The notes: generated by a model not told the origin, from the letters alone. DNA of 32,000 nt from Candidatus Jordarchaeales archaeon (GCA_038858525.1 JAWCFL010000011.1:30001-62000); one strand, 5' to 3'; positions 9,729 through 16,770 are shown, counted from the stretch's first letter. Numbers and translations: made by a program.

Positions 9729-12044
9729 GTGAAGAAAAGATGCGAAATACTGTGCAGCGGAGTAGTTCAAGGAGTCGGCATGCGGCCTTTCGTGTACCGG
9801 ATAGCTGTCAAAAACAGCTTAACAGGCTACGTCCTCAACTTGGGGGATGCCGGAGTAAAAATAGTCGTTGAAGGAGAAGAGGAAGACATTAAAAGGTTTA
9901 TGATGGAGCTAAAGGAGAAAAAACCCCCACTGGCAAAGTTTGAGAAGATAAGGACGAAGTGGGGAAAGGCACGCGGAGAGTTCGATACGTTCACCATAGA
10001 GAAGAGTAGCAGTGACAGGATACTCGAAAGTTCCTACATACCTCCAGACGTGGCGATCTGCAATAACTGCATACAGGACATGTTGAACCCTAATGATAGG
10101 CATTACAAGTATGCGTTCACATGCTGCGCGGACTGCGGTCCAAGGTATACATCAATAATAGGTTTACCCTACGATAGAGAACTAACAACGATGCGAGACT
10201 TCCCTCTGTGCCCTCACTGCATGGAGGAATACATGAACCCTATGGATAGGAGATACCACGCTCAAGGAATATGCTGCCCTATCTGCGGCCCAAAACTCAC
10301 ACTCCACGCGAAAAACGGTGAGCTCATAGATTGCAACAACCCAATAGCGGAGGCAGCCAGATTAATAAATGAGGGGGCCATAGTGGCTGTGAAGGGTATA
10401 GGGGGAAGCCACCTAGCGGCGCTCACAACTGATGACGAATGCGTACTTAAACTAAGGCAGAGGAAAAGAGACAGGAAGTATAAGCCCTTCGCTGTCATGT
10501 CTCTGAGCCTCAACGAAGTAAGAAAGTATGCAGAAGTTAGTCAAAAAGAAGAGGAGGTTCTAACATCCTTCAGACGACCCATAGTGCTACTCAGGAAAAA
10601 AGAGGACTTTCCGCTTTCTAAGTGGATTAGCCCCGGACTACACAACATAGGTGTGATGCTGCCATACTCGGGACTGCACATACTCTTGCTGCAAGAGGTC
10701 ACAGACCCCGCTGTCATAATGACCAGCGGAAACGCGTCAGGAAAGCCCATAGCAGCAAGCAACGAGGAAATCATCACCCACCTTAGCGACTTAGCAGATT
10801 ACTTCTTGCTCCACAACAGAGTGATATACCAGAGGTGTGACGACTCTGTTGTCAAGATAGTAAATGGAAAAACCAAGCTGATACGCAGGTCAAGAGGCTA
10901 TGTGCCAGAACCAATAGAGACGCCGATACCGTACAGGGGAAAAGGAATACTGGCAGTCGGACCAGAACTAACAGTAACAGTAACCGTTATGAAGGGAAGT
11001 AGGTGCTATGCCAGTCAACACATAGGCGACGTCTCAGGCGACCTCGACATGATGGAGTTCCACGAAAGCGTCACGACACACCTGCTAAAACTTTTAAACG
11101 TAAATCCTGAAGCCTTGGCATGTGATCTGCACCCTCAATTCATGACGACCAAGATAGCAGAAGAATACGCTGAAAAATGGCAGGTCCCGCTGGTGAGGGT
11201 TCAGCACCATCATGCCCATGCGGCTGCACTAAAAGCGGAGCACAAATTGGATGAACCCATAGTCTGCATAGCGTGTGACGGCGTCGGCTACGGGCCAGAT
11301 GGAACTATATGGGGTGGAGAAGTGCTACTCTCAGACTATGAGTCGAGCGAGAGACTCGGGCACCTTGCCCCCCAACTTATGCCCGGAGGAGACCAAGCCA
11401 CTAAGTACCCAATAAGAATGGCGGCATCCATTCTCAGCCGTGTTTTGTCCGACAGTGAACTGAGGGATATTCTAACATCAAAATACATTGACGGGTTTAA
11501 ATACGGGGAAAAAGAGGTGGAAGTTGTCCTAAAGATGATAAGAGACGCTAAGGGGCCTCTCTCAACCAGTACAGGGCGCGTCTTAGACGCTATAGCAGCC
11601 CTGCTAGGAATATGCATGGAGAAAACATATCAAGGAGAGCCAGCGATGAGGCTTGAGGCAGCGGCGGCAAAAGGCAAACCAACCCTGAAAATAGAGCCCA
11701 AAATAAGTCGCTCAGACGGACGATACGTACTTGACACGTCCCAAATACTTTCTGAAGTGCTACAGGCGTTAGGAAAACATAGAGTAGAGGACTTAGCGGC
11801 ATCCGCCCAGCACGCTATAGCAATAGGATTAGCGGACATCGCCGTGAACGTGGCACAAGAGGAAAATGTGAGAACCGTTGGGTTTACAGGAGGCGTAGCA
11901 TACAACGAAGCCATAACAAAAACCATAAGAAAGCACGTCGAAAAAAACGGGCTAGTTTTTATACAGCACTCAGTTATACCTCCAGGCGACGCTGGAGTGA
12001 GCATAGGGCAAGCGATAGTGGCGGCGTGCAGATTATTAGGTTAG
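9729..12044 (+). CDS. hypF: Hydrogenase maturation carbamoyltransferase
   Basis: Acylphosphatase GVVQGVGMRPFVYR, Zn fingers (CNNC, CADCGPRY, CPHC, CPICGP), KGIGG, SQHIGD, CDLHP, QHHHAH, DGVGYG and PPGDAGVSIGQ. Confidence 0.97.
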   Translation: MKKRCEILCSGVVQGVGMRPFVYRIAVKNSLTGYVLNLGDAGVKIVVEGEEEDIKRFMMELKEKKPPLAKFEKIRTKWGKARGEFDTFTIEKSSSDRILESSYIPPDVAICNNCIQDMLNPNDRHYKYAFTCCADCGPRYTSIIGLPYDRELTTMRDFPLCPHCMEEYMNPMDRRYHAQGICCPICGPKLTLHAKNGELIDCNNPIAEAARLINEGAIVAVKGIGGSHLAALTTDDECVLKLRQRKRDRKYKPFAVMSLSLNEVRKYAEVSQKEEEVLTSFRRPIVLLRKKEDFPLSKWISPGLHNIGVMLPYSGLHILLLQEVTDPAVIMTSGNASGKPIAASNEEIITHLSDLADYFLLHNRVIYQRCDDSVVKIVNGKTKLIRRSRGYVPEPIETPIPYRGKGILAVGPELTVTVTVMKGSRCYASQHIGDVSGDLDMMEFHESVTTHLLKLLNVNPEALACDLHPQFMTTKIAEEYAEKWQVPLVRVQHHHAHAAALKAEHKLDEPIVCIACDGVGYGPDGTIWGGEVLLSDYESSERLGHLAPQLMPGGDQATKYPIRMAASILSRVLSDSELRDILTSKYIDGFKYGEKEVEVVLKMIRDAKGPLSTSTGRVLDAIAALLGICMEKTYQGEPAMRLEAAAAKGKPTLKIEPKISRSDGRYVLDTSQILSEVLQALGKHRVEDLAASAQHAIAIGLADIAVNVAQEENVRTVGFTGGVAYNEAITKTIRKHVEKNGLVFIQHSVIPPGDAGVSIGQAIVAACRLLG

Positions 12045-12550
12045 AAGTTGCCAGCAACCATAAACGGCTTAGCATACTCCTCAACCAACTGAATTAACTG
12101 CTCCTCTAGCTTTTTAAGATGGGGACTTGATTCCCCATAATCCAACCTCAACCTTTCGCGATAACTCGATATGAGGCTTGAAAGCTCAATGTAAGGCGCC
12201 AAGTTTGGAGTGTCCAGTAGCCCAACGTAACCTAGAAGGATTAACGTGTAAATTGACTTCACAACGTTCCTACAAGCCTGCTCGAGTACACGTCTAAAGG
12301 CGCCCTTTGTAACCCCGCGGGCAAGACGTGGCCTCCGCCCTCTCGCATTCCTAGAAGCTCTCAGGAGACCTTTGAGGGAATACTGAACTCCTCTTCCAGC
12401 GCTTTCATCTAGAAGAAAATGGATGACCAGCGTTTCAAACTGTATACGGGTGAGGTTAGACGAAGAGAGAAGGCGAGAAACAATAGAGTCGCCGAGGAGG
12501 CGACGCAGAAAATCCTCTAATTCGTTCAGTTCGACGTCTGCTCTGTCCAT
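12041..12550 (-). CDS. Uncharacterised helical protein with a possible HTH (169 aa)
   Basis: ATG lies 2 nt after the upstream stop, suggesting coupling. GVTKGAFRRVLEQA resembles an HTH recognition helix. From memory it resembles hypothetical proteins near cdc6 in TACK archaea (unverified). Confidence 0.75.
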   Translation of the reverse strand: MDRADVELNELEDFLRRLLGDSIVSRLLSSSNLTRIQFETLVIHFLLDESAGRGVQYSLKGLLRASRNARGRRPRLARGVTKGAFRRVLEQACRNVVKSIYTLILLGYVGLLDTPNLAPYIELSSLISSYRERLRLDYGESSPHLKKLEEQLIQLVEEYAKPFMVAGNF

Positions 12551-12552
12551 CT

Positions 12553-12984
12553 TCAGCCACCTTCACTTTTCAATTTGCCAAGCGTAGTGTACTGCTCCTC
12601 TAGGAGCTGGAATAATCCAAGTTCCTTCAGCTCTAACTCATCAAAAACTGTTTTCATCTTCTCCAGTATGGCAAGCCTGCAGAATACTGTTGCTCCACGC
12701 TCCCCAAACTTTTTCTTGAGCAGGGAGATGAAGCTACTAGGAAGCCTTACGTTGAAGTTTTGATCAAGCCGAGTCTTAGGGTCCTTCCTCACATAGACTA
12801 TTTTCTCCACTACCTGGACGGGTAGAGGCGACGTGACCTTCTCATCCACCAGAGATAATGAGGCCGCTGGCTGAGGATGAGCCACGGCACCTTCCTCATA
12901 GTTAAGAGGAGCAGGAGGCTGTGAGATTTGCCCATACTTTTCCTGCTCCTTGACTTTCTTCGCTATGTCAACCAGCCTCGTCAT
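12553..12984 (-). CDS. Uncharacterised protein with a C-terminal ribbon-helix-helix-like domain (143 aa)
   Basis: ATG after GGTGA. Basic N-terminal helix, Pro/Ala-rich linker, then a strand-helix-helix pattern: FNVRL / PSSFISLLKKKF / ATVFCRLAILEKM. Confidence 0.7.
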   Translation of the reverse strand: MTRLVDIAKKVKEQEKYGQISQPPAPLNYEEGAVAHPQPAASLSLVDEKVTSPLPVQVVEKIVYVRKDPKTRLDQNFNVRLPSSFISLLKKKFGERGATVFCRLAILEKMKTVFDELELKELGLFQLLEEQYTTLGKLKSEGG

Positions 12985-12996
12985 CTTATATCACCC

Positions 12997-13038
12997 GCAT
13001 CGATGCGCGACATCGATATCTGAAAGCGATATCAGACT
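12997..13038. promoter_or_regulatory. Palindrome-rich spacer, candidate operator or centromere-like site
   Basis: GCATCGATGC (12997-13006), CGACATCGATATC (13008-13020) and GATATC (13028-13033) lie in the 52-nt spacer between the ATPase and RHH genes. Confidence 0.55.
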
Positions 13039-14092
13039 ACTCTGGAACCTCCTCGATGCATGGTAAAGCATCCACAAGGGCTCCATCGATCACAGGGCTT
13101 CCTCCATCCTTGAACCTGTTAGCAGCAACGAACACTGCCTGGTTGCAAAGCATACGAAGGTCACGCCCCACACCCATAGACTTTCGTTTCAAAGCAGGAA
13201 CCGCATCCTCGGTGAAGGGGTGTATTTCAAAAGAGGACTCGTCAAACTCCTTAAGGCGGCCGCTAGCCCAATAAAGCCTCCTGCCGATAAATTCCCTGAC
13301 GCCGCGCTCATCCAATGGTTCAAGCTCGATCTCCCAACATCTATCATAGAGGTGAGGGACGCCTTCCTTGAGACCTATAGCATGAGTCTTCGTTCCAGTC
13401 AAAACGAGCATGCATATCATCTGATCCTCGTCGCCCTCCTCCGCAGCCCGCTTAATCGCATTAATCTCCCCCTCGTCAAGCTTCATTTTTTTAAGCTTAA
13501 GGAACCGCTTGAATTCATCTTCTTCTTCAACTACGAACCGCTTGGCGTCCTTCAGCGTTAAGTCGCCGACCTCCTTGATCTTAATAAAGACCTCAACGTC
13601 GTTCTCGCCGAAATCATCTATGAATATCAACGTAAGATATCCACTCAAAAGATATCGAAGCATGATATCATACTTGACCAGCACGTAAATGTCTTCAGCA
13701 TTGGCCGATCGAGAATATGGAACCCTAAGTTTCTTCGCCAAAACCTCAGCCATCTGCCTCACATACAGCTTACTCTGAGACACCATCACGGGATAGAAAC
13801 GATACTCAGGGTCACCCTGCCTAGAAAGCTCTAGAAGGTCCCCGTAAATCAGCTCGAGAAGCGTCGTTTTACCCATGCCGGGAAACTCGCTCGTTATCAG
13901 TATATGCCGCTCCCTAGCCTTAATGTAATCATCGATCTCAACTATTACATCATGAGGAGCCACGAACAGTTCAGGGTCGCTTAACCTCACACTCGAAAAC
14001 GGGTTCCACCTCCACCCGAAGAAGGAGTAGTATGCATTTCTAATCTCAGCCACCGAAGGGTAGAGACGCCCAACAGCACCCATACGCTCCAC
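13037..14092 (-). CDS. ExeA/TnsC-like (AAA_22-type) AAA+ ATPase, about 351 aa
   Basis: YYSFFGWRWNPFS leader, P-loop ITSEFPGMGKTT, Walker B IFIDD, MLVLTGT, candidate Arg finger LYDR and lid FTEDAVPALKRKSMGVGRDLRMLCNQA. GTG 14092 lies 6 nt after GGAGGT; ATG 14083 is an alternative. Confidence 0.8.
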   Translation of the reverse strand: MERMGAVGRLYPSVAEIRNAYYSFFGWRWNPFSSVRLSDPELFVAPHDVIVEIDDYIKARERHILITSEFPGMGKTTLLELIYGDLLELSRQGDPEYRFYPVMVSQSKLYVRQMAEVLAKKLRVPYSRSANAEDIYVLVKYDIMLRYLLSGYLTLIFIDDFGENDVEVFIKIKEVGDLTLKDAKRFVVEEEDEFKRFLKLKKMKLDEGEINAIKRAAEEGDEDQMICMLVLTGTKTHAIGLKEGVPHLYDRCWEIELEPLDERGVREFIGRRLYWASGRLKEFDESSFEIHPFTEDAVPALKRKSMGVGRDLRMLCNQAVFVAANRFKDGGSPVIDGALVDALPCIEEVPE

Positions 14093-14102
14093 ACAACCAC
14101 CT

Positions 14103-14150
14103 CCGACATCCGATATCGACAGCCGAAAAAGATACCAGAATCCAGATATC
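14103..14150. promoter_or_regulatory. GA(T/C)ATC cluster just upstream of the ATPase RBS
   Basis: CGACATC-CGATATCG (14104-14118) and AGATATC (14144-14150). Confidence 0.5.
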
Positions 14151-14444
14151 AAAACCAGAAAACGATACGCAAAATCTAAAGAGAAAAAACATCGTAATAC
14201 GTAGAGAACACCAACAGAATACGAGAAATACGCGGGAAGGCCAGCTGCGATTGAAAAGGAACACGAGCTCAAGAAACACTAAGAGAGCTAAACGAGAACC
14301 AAGAGCGACGTAGGTTTACAAAAAAGTATACCCACAGGGAGCCTAAAGCAGAAGAGAACATCAAACGAAAAGGATAAATACCAGAAATATGGAGGGAATA
14401 CCTCCATAAATAAGAAAGACGAAGAGCACAACAGTATTAGTTAC

Positions 14445-14464
14445 TTTGGAACATGTGTTCCAAA
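14445..14464. repeat. 20-bp palindrome, copy 1
   Basis: TTTGGAACA-TG-TGTTCCAAA. Confidence 0.85.
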
Positions 14465-14466
14465 AA

Positions 14467-14820
14467 TCACGACTTTTTGCTCTCCTTAAGCGCAGCATAA
14501 GAAGTAAGGAGGTCCACCCAAGATTTGAGAAAACCCTTGGCGAACCCCGCCCTCTCAGGAAGGTTTGAGGAGAAAACTTGCGCCAGAGAATCCAGATACT
14601 TCGCGTATCTCCTAGCGTCTTCTGCTGAGAGACCATTCATTAGTGAAACTATTAGGGAAATCTGGTTAAGTTTTTCAAGACCTGCAAGCCAACCTCGCCA
14701 GGCCAGCTCAACCCATTTATCTTTAAACCGTGATTCCTCCAAAGCTGCTTTAGCGATTTCAATGGCCTTCTTGTGATCGCCTTCAGCCAATGCTTTAACG
14801 AATTCTTCAACTTCACTCAA
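14467..14820 (-). CDS. Uncharacterised small helical protein (about 117 aa), origin-adjacent
   Basis: TTG 14820 after GGTGG (ORF track starts at GTG 14829). Amphipathic helices with WRGWLAGL and KGFLKSWVDLL. Confidence 0.75.
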   Translation of the reverse strand: MSEVEEFVKALAEGDHKKAIEIAKAALEESRFKDKWVELAWRGWLAGLEKLNQISLIVSLMNGLSAEDARRYAKYLDSLAQVFSSNLPERAGFAKGFLKSWVDLLTSYAALKESKKS

Positions 14821-14975
14821 AACAACCACCCTGCTTAATTAAATATATAAAAAGACGACTAATTAAGATTTCCAGCAAAATGACGATTTCAGCAATCGAA
14901 AATGGATGTCGTAATCAGATATCGATACTTGAATTGCATTTTTTATTTTTGTTCAGTGCATGAAGTGCGACAAGC

Positions 14976-14996
14976 ACCCCTTCGTTTCTACTGTAA
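14976..14996 (-). promoter_or_regulatory. Origin recognition box ORB-1
   Basis: Minus strand reads TTACAGTAGAAACGAAGGGGT, matching the archaeal ORB consensus TTCCAGTGGAAACnAAGGGGT. Confidence 0.88.
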
Positions 14997-15131
14997 CAGG
15001 TAAACTTATAAATCACTAAGCTAAACTTGAGCTTTTTATACAAAAAACTTATATCTTCTAAGTCCCAAGTATTTTGGGGGAGAGTTTTAATTTTAAAAGT
15101 TTAATTAATAAACTTAAGAGAGTTTTACTTT
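14997..15131. other. AT-rich candidate DNA unwinding element of oriC
   Basis: 135-bp AT-rich non-coding segment between oppositely oriented ORB-1 and ORB-2. Confidence 0.7.
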
Positions 15132-15152
15132 TTCCAGTTGAAACAGTGGGGT
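15132..15152 (+). promoter_or_regulatory. Origin recognition box ORB-2
   Basis: TTCCAGTTGAAACAGTGGGGT. Confidence 0.88.
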
Positions 15153-15173
15153 GGGTGGGTTTCCTTCTTTTAT

Positions 15174-15193
15174 TTTGGAACACATGTTCTAAA
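15174..15193. repeat. 20-bp palindrome, copy 2 (inverted relative to copy 1)
   Basis: TTTGGAACA-CA-TGTTCTAAA; 19/20 identical to the reverse complement of 14445-14464. Confidence 0.85.
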
Positions 15194-15476
15194 TGTTTTC
15201 TTCCTCTACAACTACAAAAACTCGGCACTTAACAATATCCTTGTATTTCTTGAAGAAAGCATTGAAGACTTCTGCGTGTTCATCTTGAACTAGTATTGCG
15301 CTATCTCCTGCCCTGTCGCAACCATAGAAGTCCACAAGGCCTAATTTTTGCCCCTTTAATGTTTTTCCTTCCTTGTTTTTCCATTTGTAGGCGTATCCGA
15401 AGAGTTCCTTGAAGAATTTCACCCTGCGCGGGTTACTCGAATGTTCCGCCTTTACGTCGTAGACGTATATTCTCAA
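15189..15476 (-). CDS. Small protein with a Cas2/VapD-like sequence pattern (95 aa)
   Basis: TTG 6 nt after GGAGGG. IYVYDV...RRVKFFKELFGY and SAILV resemble the Cas2/VapD ferredoxin-like fold. The fold is inferred. Confidence 0.6.
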   Translation of the reverse strand: MRIYVYDVKAEHSSNPRRVKFFKELFGYAYKWKNKEGKTLKGQKLGLVDFYGCDRAGDSAILVQDEHAEVFNAFFKKYKDIVKCRVFVVVEEENI

Positions 15477-15553
15477 AGTTTTCCCTCCATCAATACGTTG
15501 CAGCCATTCGTCTTTGAAGACTTGTATTTTCGTTGTCTTTTTGTGGTCAATAG

Positions 15554-15921
15554 CTTAACATGTTAACACAGTGTTAACATAGCCGTTTTGAGTTGTTAAC
15601 ACGTTGTTTTTGCTATGAATAATGCAAATTATCTTAGTTAAAAATTGACCCCTTTATTTCAACTGCAACATTTTTTTCGATATTTTTCTCTTTCCTTTTC
15701 GTGTTAACACGGTTTGTTAACCTTTATTTAGAAAAAACAATGGAAAATTGTTTTTTTGAAGATTTACCGCTTTTTATTTCAATTTTTCTTGTTAATACTT
15801 TTTAAAAATTCTCTTTGTCAAAAGATGGCGTATTTTTTCCTTTTTTTGTTCTTTTCGTGTTCGTCACGTTAACAAATTTACACATTATTTCTCTTTGTTT
15901 TTAACGCGTTGTTTTGTTAAC
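15554..15921. repeat. Cluster of seven GTTAAC palindromes
   Basis: GTTAAC at 15562, 15573, 15595, 15703, 15716, 15868 and 15916, including ATGTTAACAC-A-GTGTTAACAT (15560-15580). Confidence 0.85.
15648..15668 (-). promoter_or_regulatory. Origin recognition box ORB-3
   Basis: Minus strand reads TTGCAGTTGAAATAAAGGGGT. Confidence 0.85.
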
Positions 15922-16255
15922 GTATTGCGTGTTTTAGGTGAACCATTTCCCCCTTTAGAAAATAACGTTTTTTTGCTGGCTTCAAAGTTTTTATGGACTC
16001 TTCTTTTAGCTTATCGTAGAAAGCGGCATATGTTCTGTTTTTCAGAGGGATTGAGCTGCGGGTTAATGTTCAAGTGTAAAGTGTTTGGTGTTGGCTCCTG
16101 AAAGCCCCTGAGGTTGTATTTTTGTGGGTGGAATGCATTAGTCTTGCAGTTTGATTATTCTGCTTTTTATGTGTTGCTGGTTGGAGTTGTTAAGGGTGTT
16201 TTTCGGGTGTAATAGATAGACATATATATTTACGCGTGTAAGTTTAACTTACCTC

Positions 16256-16269
16256 GTTTCCAGTGGAAG
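16256..16269 (+). promoter_or_regulatory. Mini-ORB overlapping the RBS of the winged-helix gene
   Basis: GTTTCCAGTGGAAG, the ORB core without the G-string. Confidence 0.75.
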
Positions 16270-16278
16270 GTGTGCTGG

Positions 16279-16749
16279 TTGGGGGCGAAGCGCTACAAGA
16301 TCGAGATAGTTGATGCCGAGCGCAACGTGAAGGCTACTTTGACTATTGAGGGTGATGTTTCCCCCCAGCTGGCGGCATCTCTTGTGGAGGAGCTTTCCGA
16401 GAAACTGTCTGAGGGCGGAGTGGCGGAGGAGGCACCTGCTGGGTTTGAGGCTTCCGAGGTTGACGCCGAGCTCCCCGACACTGAAAGTCTCTCGATGAAG
16501 GATAAAATTGAACTTGTACTGCTAAAGTATTTCCAGTATGGGTGGTTTACTTCTGGTGATGTTCATGAGCAGTTTACTCGGGTTTTTGGTGAGACCTCTC
16601 TAAGCGTGGTTTCAACATACTTGGCGAGGCTGCGTAGTGAGGGGCTCTTGGAGCGTAAGGGAACGAAAAAGCAGTATTATTACCGGCTTAAGGAAAGTGG
16701 CCGGCTCAGGGCTTCTAGGCTTAGCGAGCTTCTTCAGCTTCTTCCGTGA
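16279..16749 (+). CDS. Winged-helix protein with a small N-terminal beta domain, upstream of cdc6
   Basis: C-terminal wHTH pattern WFTSGDVHEQF...SLSVVSTYLARLRSEGLLERKG...YYYRL, with an acidic linker. TTG 16279 lies after AAGGTG. Confidence 0.8.
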   Translation: MGAKRYKIEIVDAERNVKATLTIEGDVSPQLAASLVEELSEKLSEGGVAEEAPAGFEASEVDAELPDTESLSMKDKIELVLLKYFQYGWFTSGDVHEQFTRVFGETSLSVVSTYLARLRSEGLLERKGTKKQYYYRLKESGRLRASRLSELLQLLP

Positions 16750-16770
16750 AGTTGCTTCTCGACCGAGTGT

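Noticed and set aside
12041-14092. The ATPase module as a Tn7/Mu-like transposon or integrated element
   Set aside because: No transposase, integrase, terminal repeats or target duplication were seen, and the module abuts hypF and the origin. This is not fully excluded as its evolutionary source.
14093-14279. Hydrophobic N-terminal extension of the ATPase (to 14272) and ORF 14046-14279, which look like membrane segments
   Set aside because: The Phe/Leu/Val richness follows from the T-rich minus strand. A strong RBS sits right before GTG 14092, and the stretch carries DNA palindromes.
14445-15193. The 20-bp palindromes as Xer/dif sites or a LexA box
   Set aside because: The ends resemble Thermococcales dif arms, but dif is 28 bp with a 6-bp spacer. 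The GAAC-N4-GTTC core matches the Firmicutes SOS box, but there is no LexA here and the sites lie at gene ends rather than promoters.
15189-15476. CRISPR-Cas locus
   Set aside because: No repeat-spacer array, cas1 or other cas gene is present; there is only a weak Cas2-like pattern.
15477-15554. Open frame continuing 26 codons upstream of the Cas2-like TTG
   Set aside because: It has no canonical start before the stop at 15555-15557, its length is within chance expectation, and a good RBS precedes the TTG.
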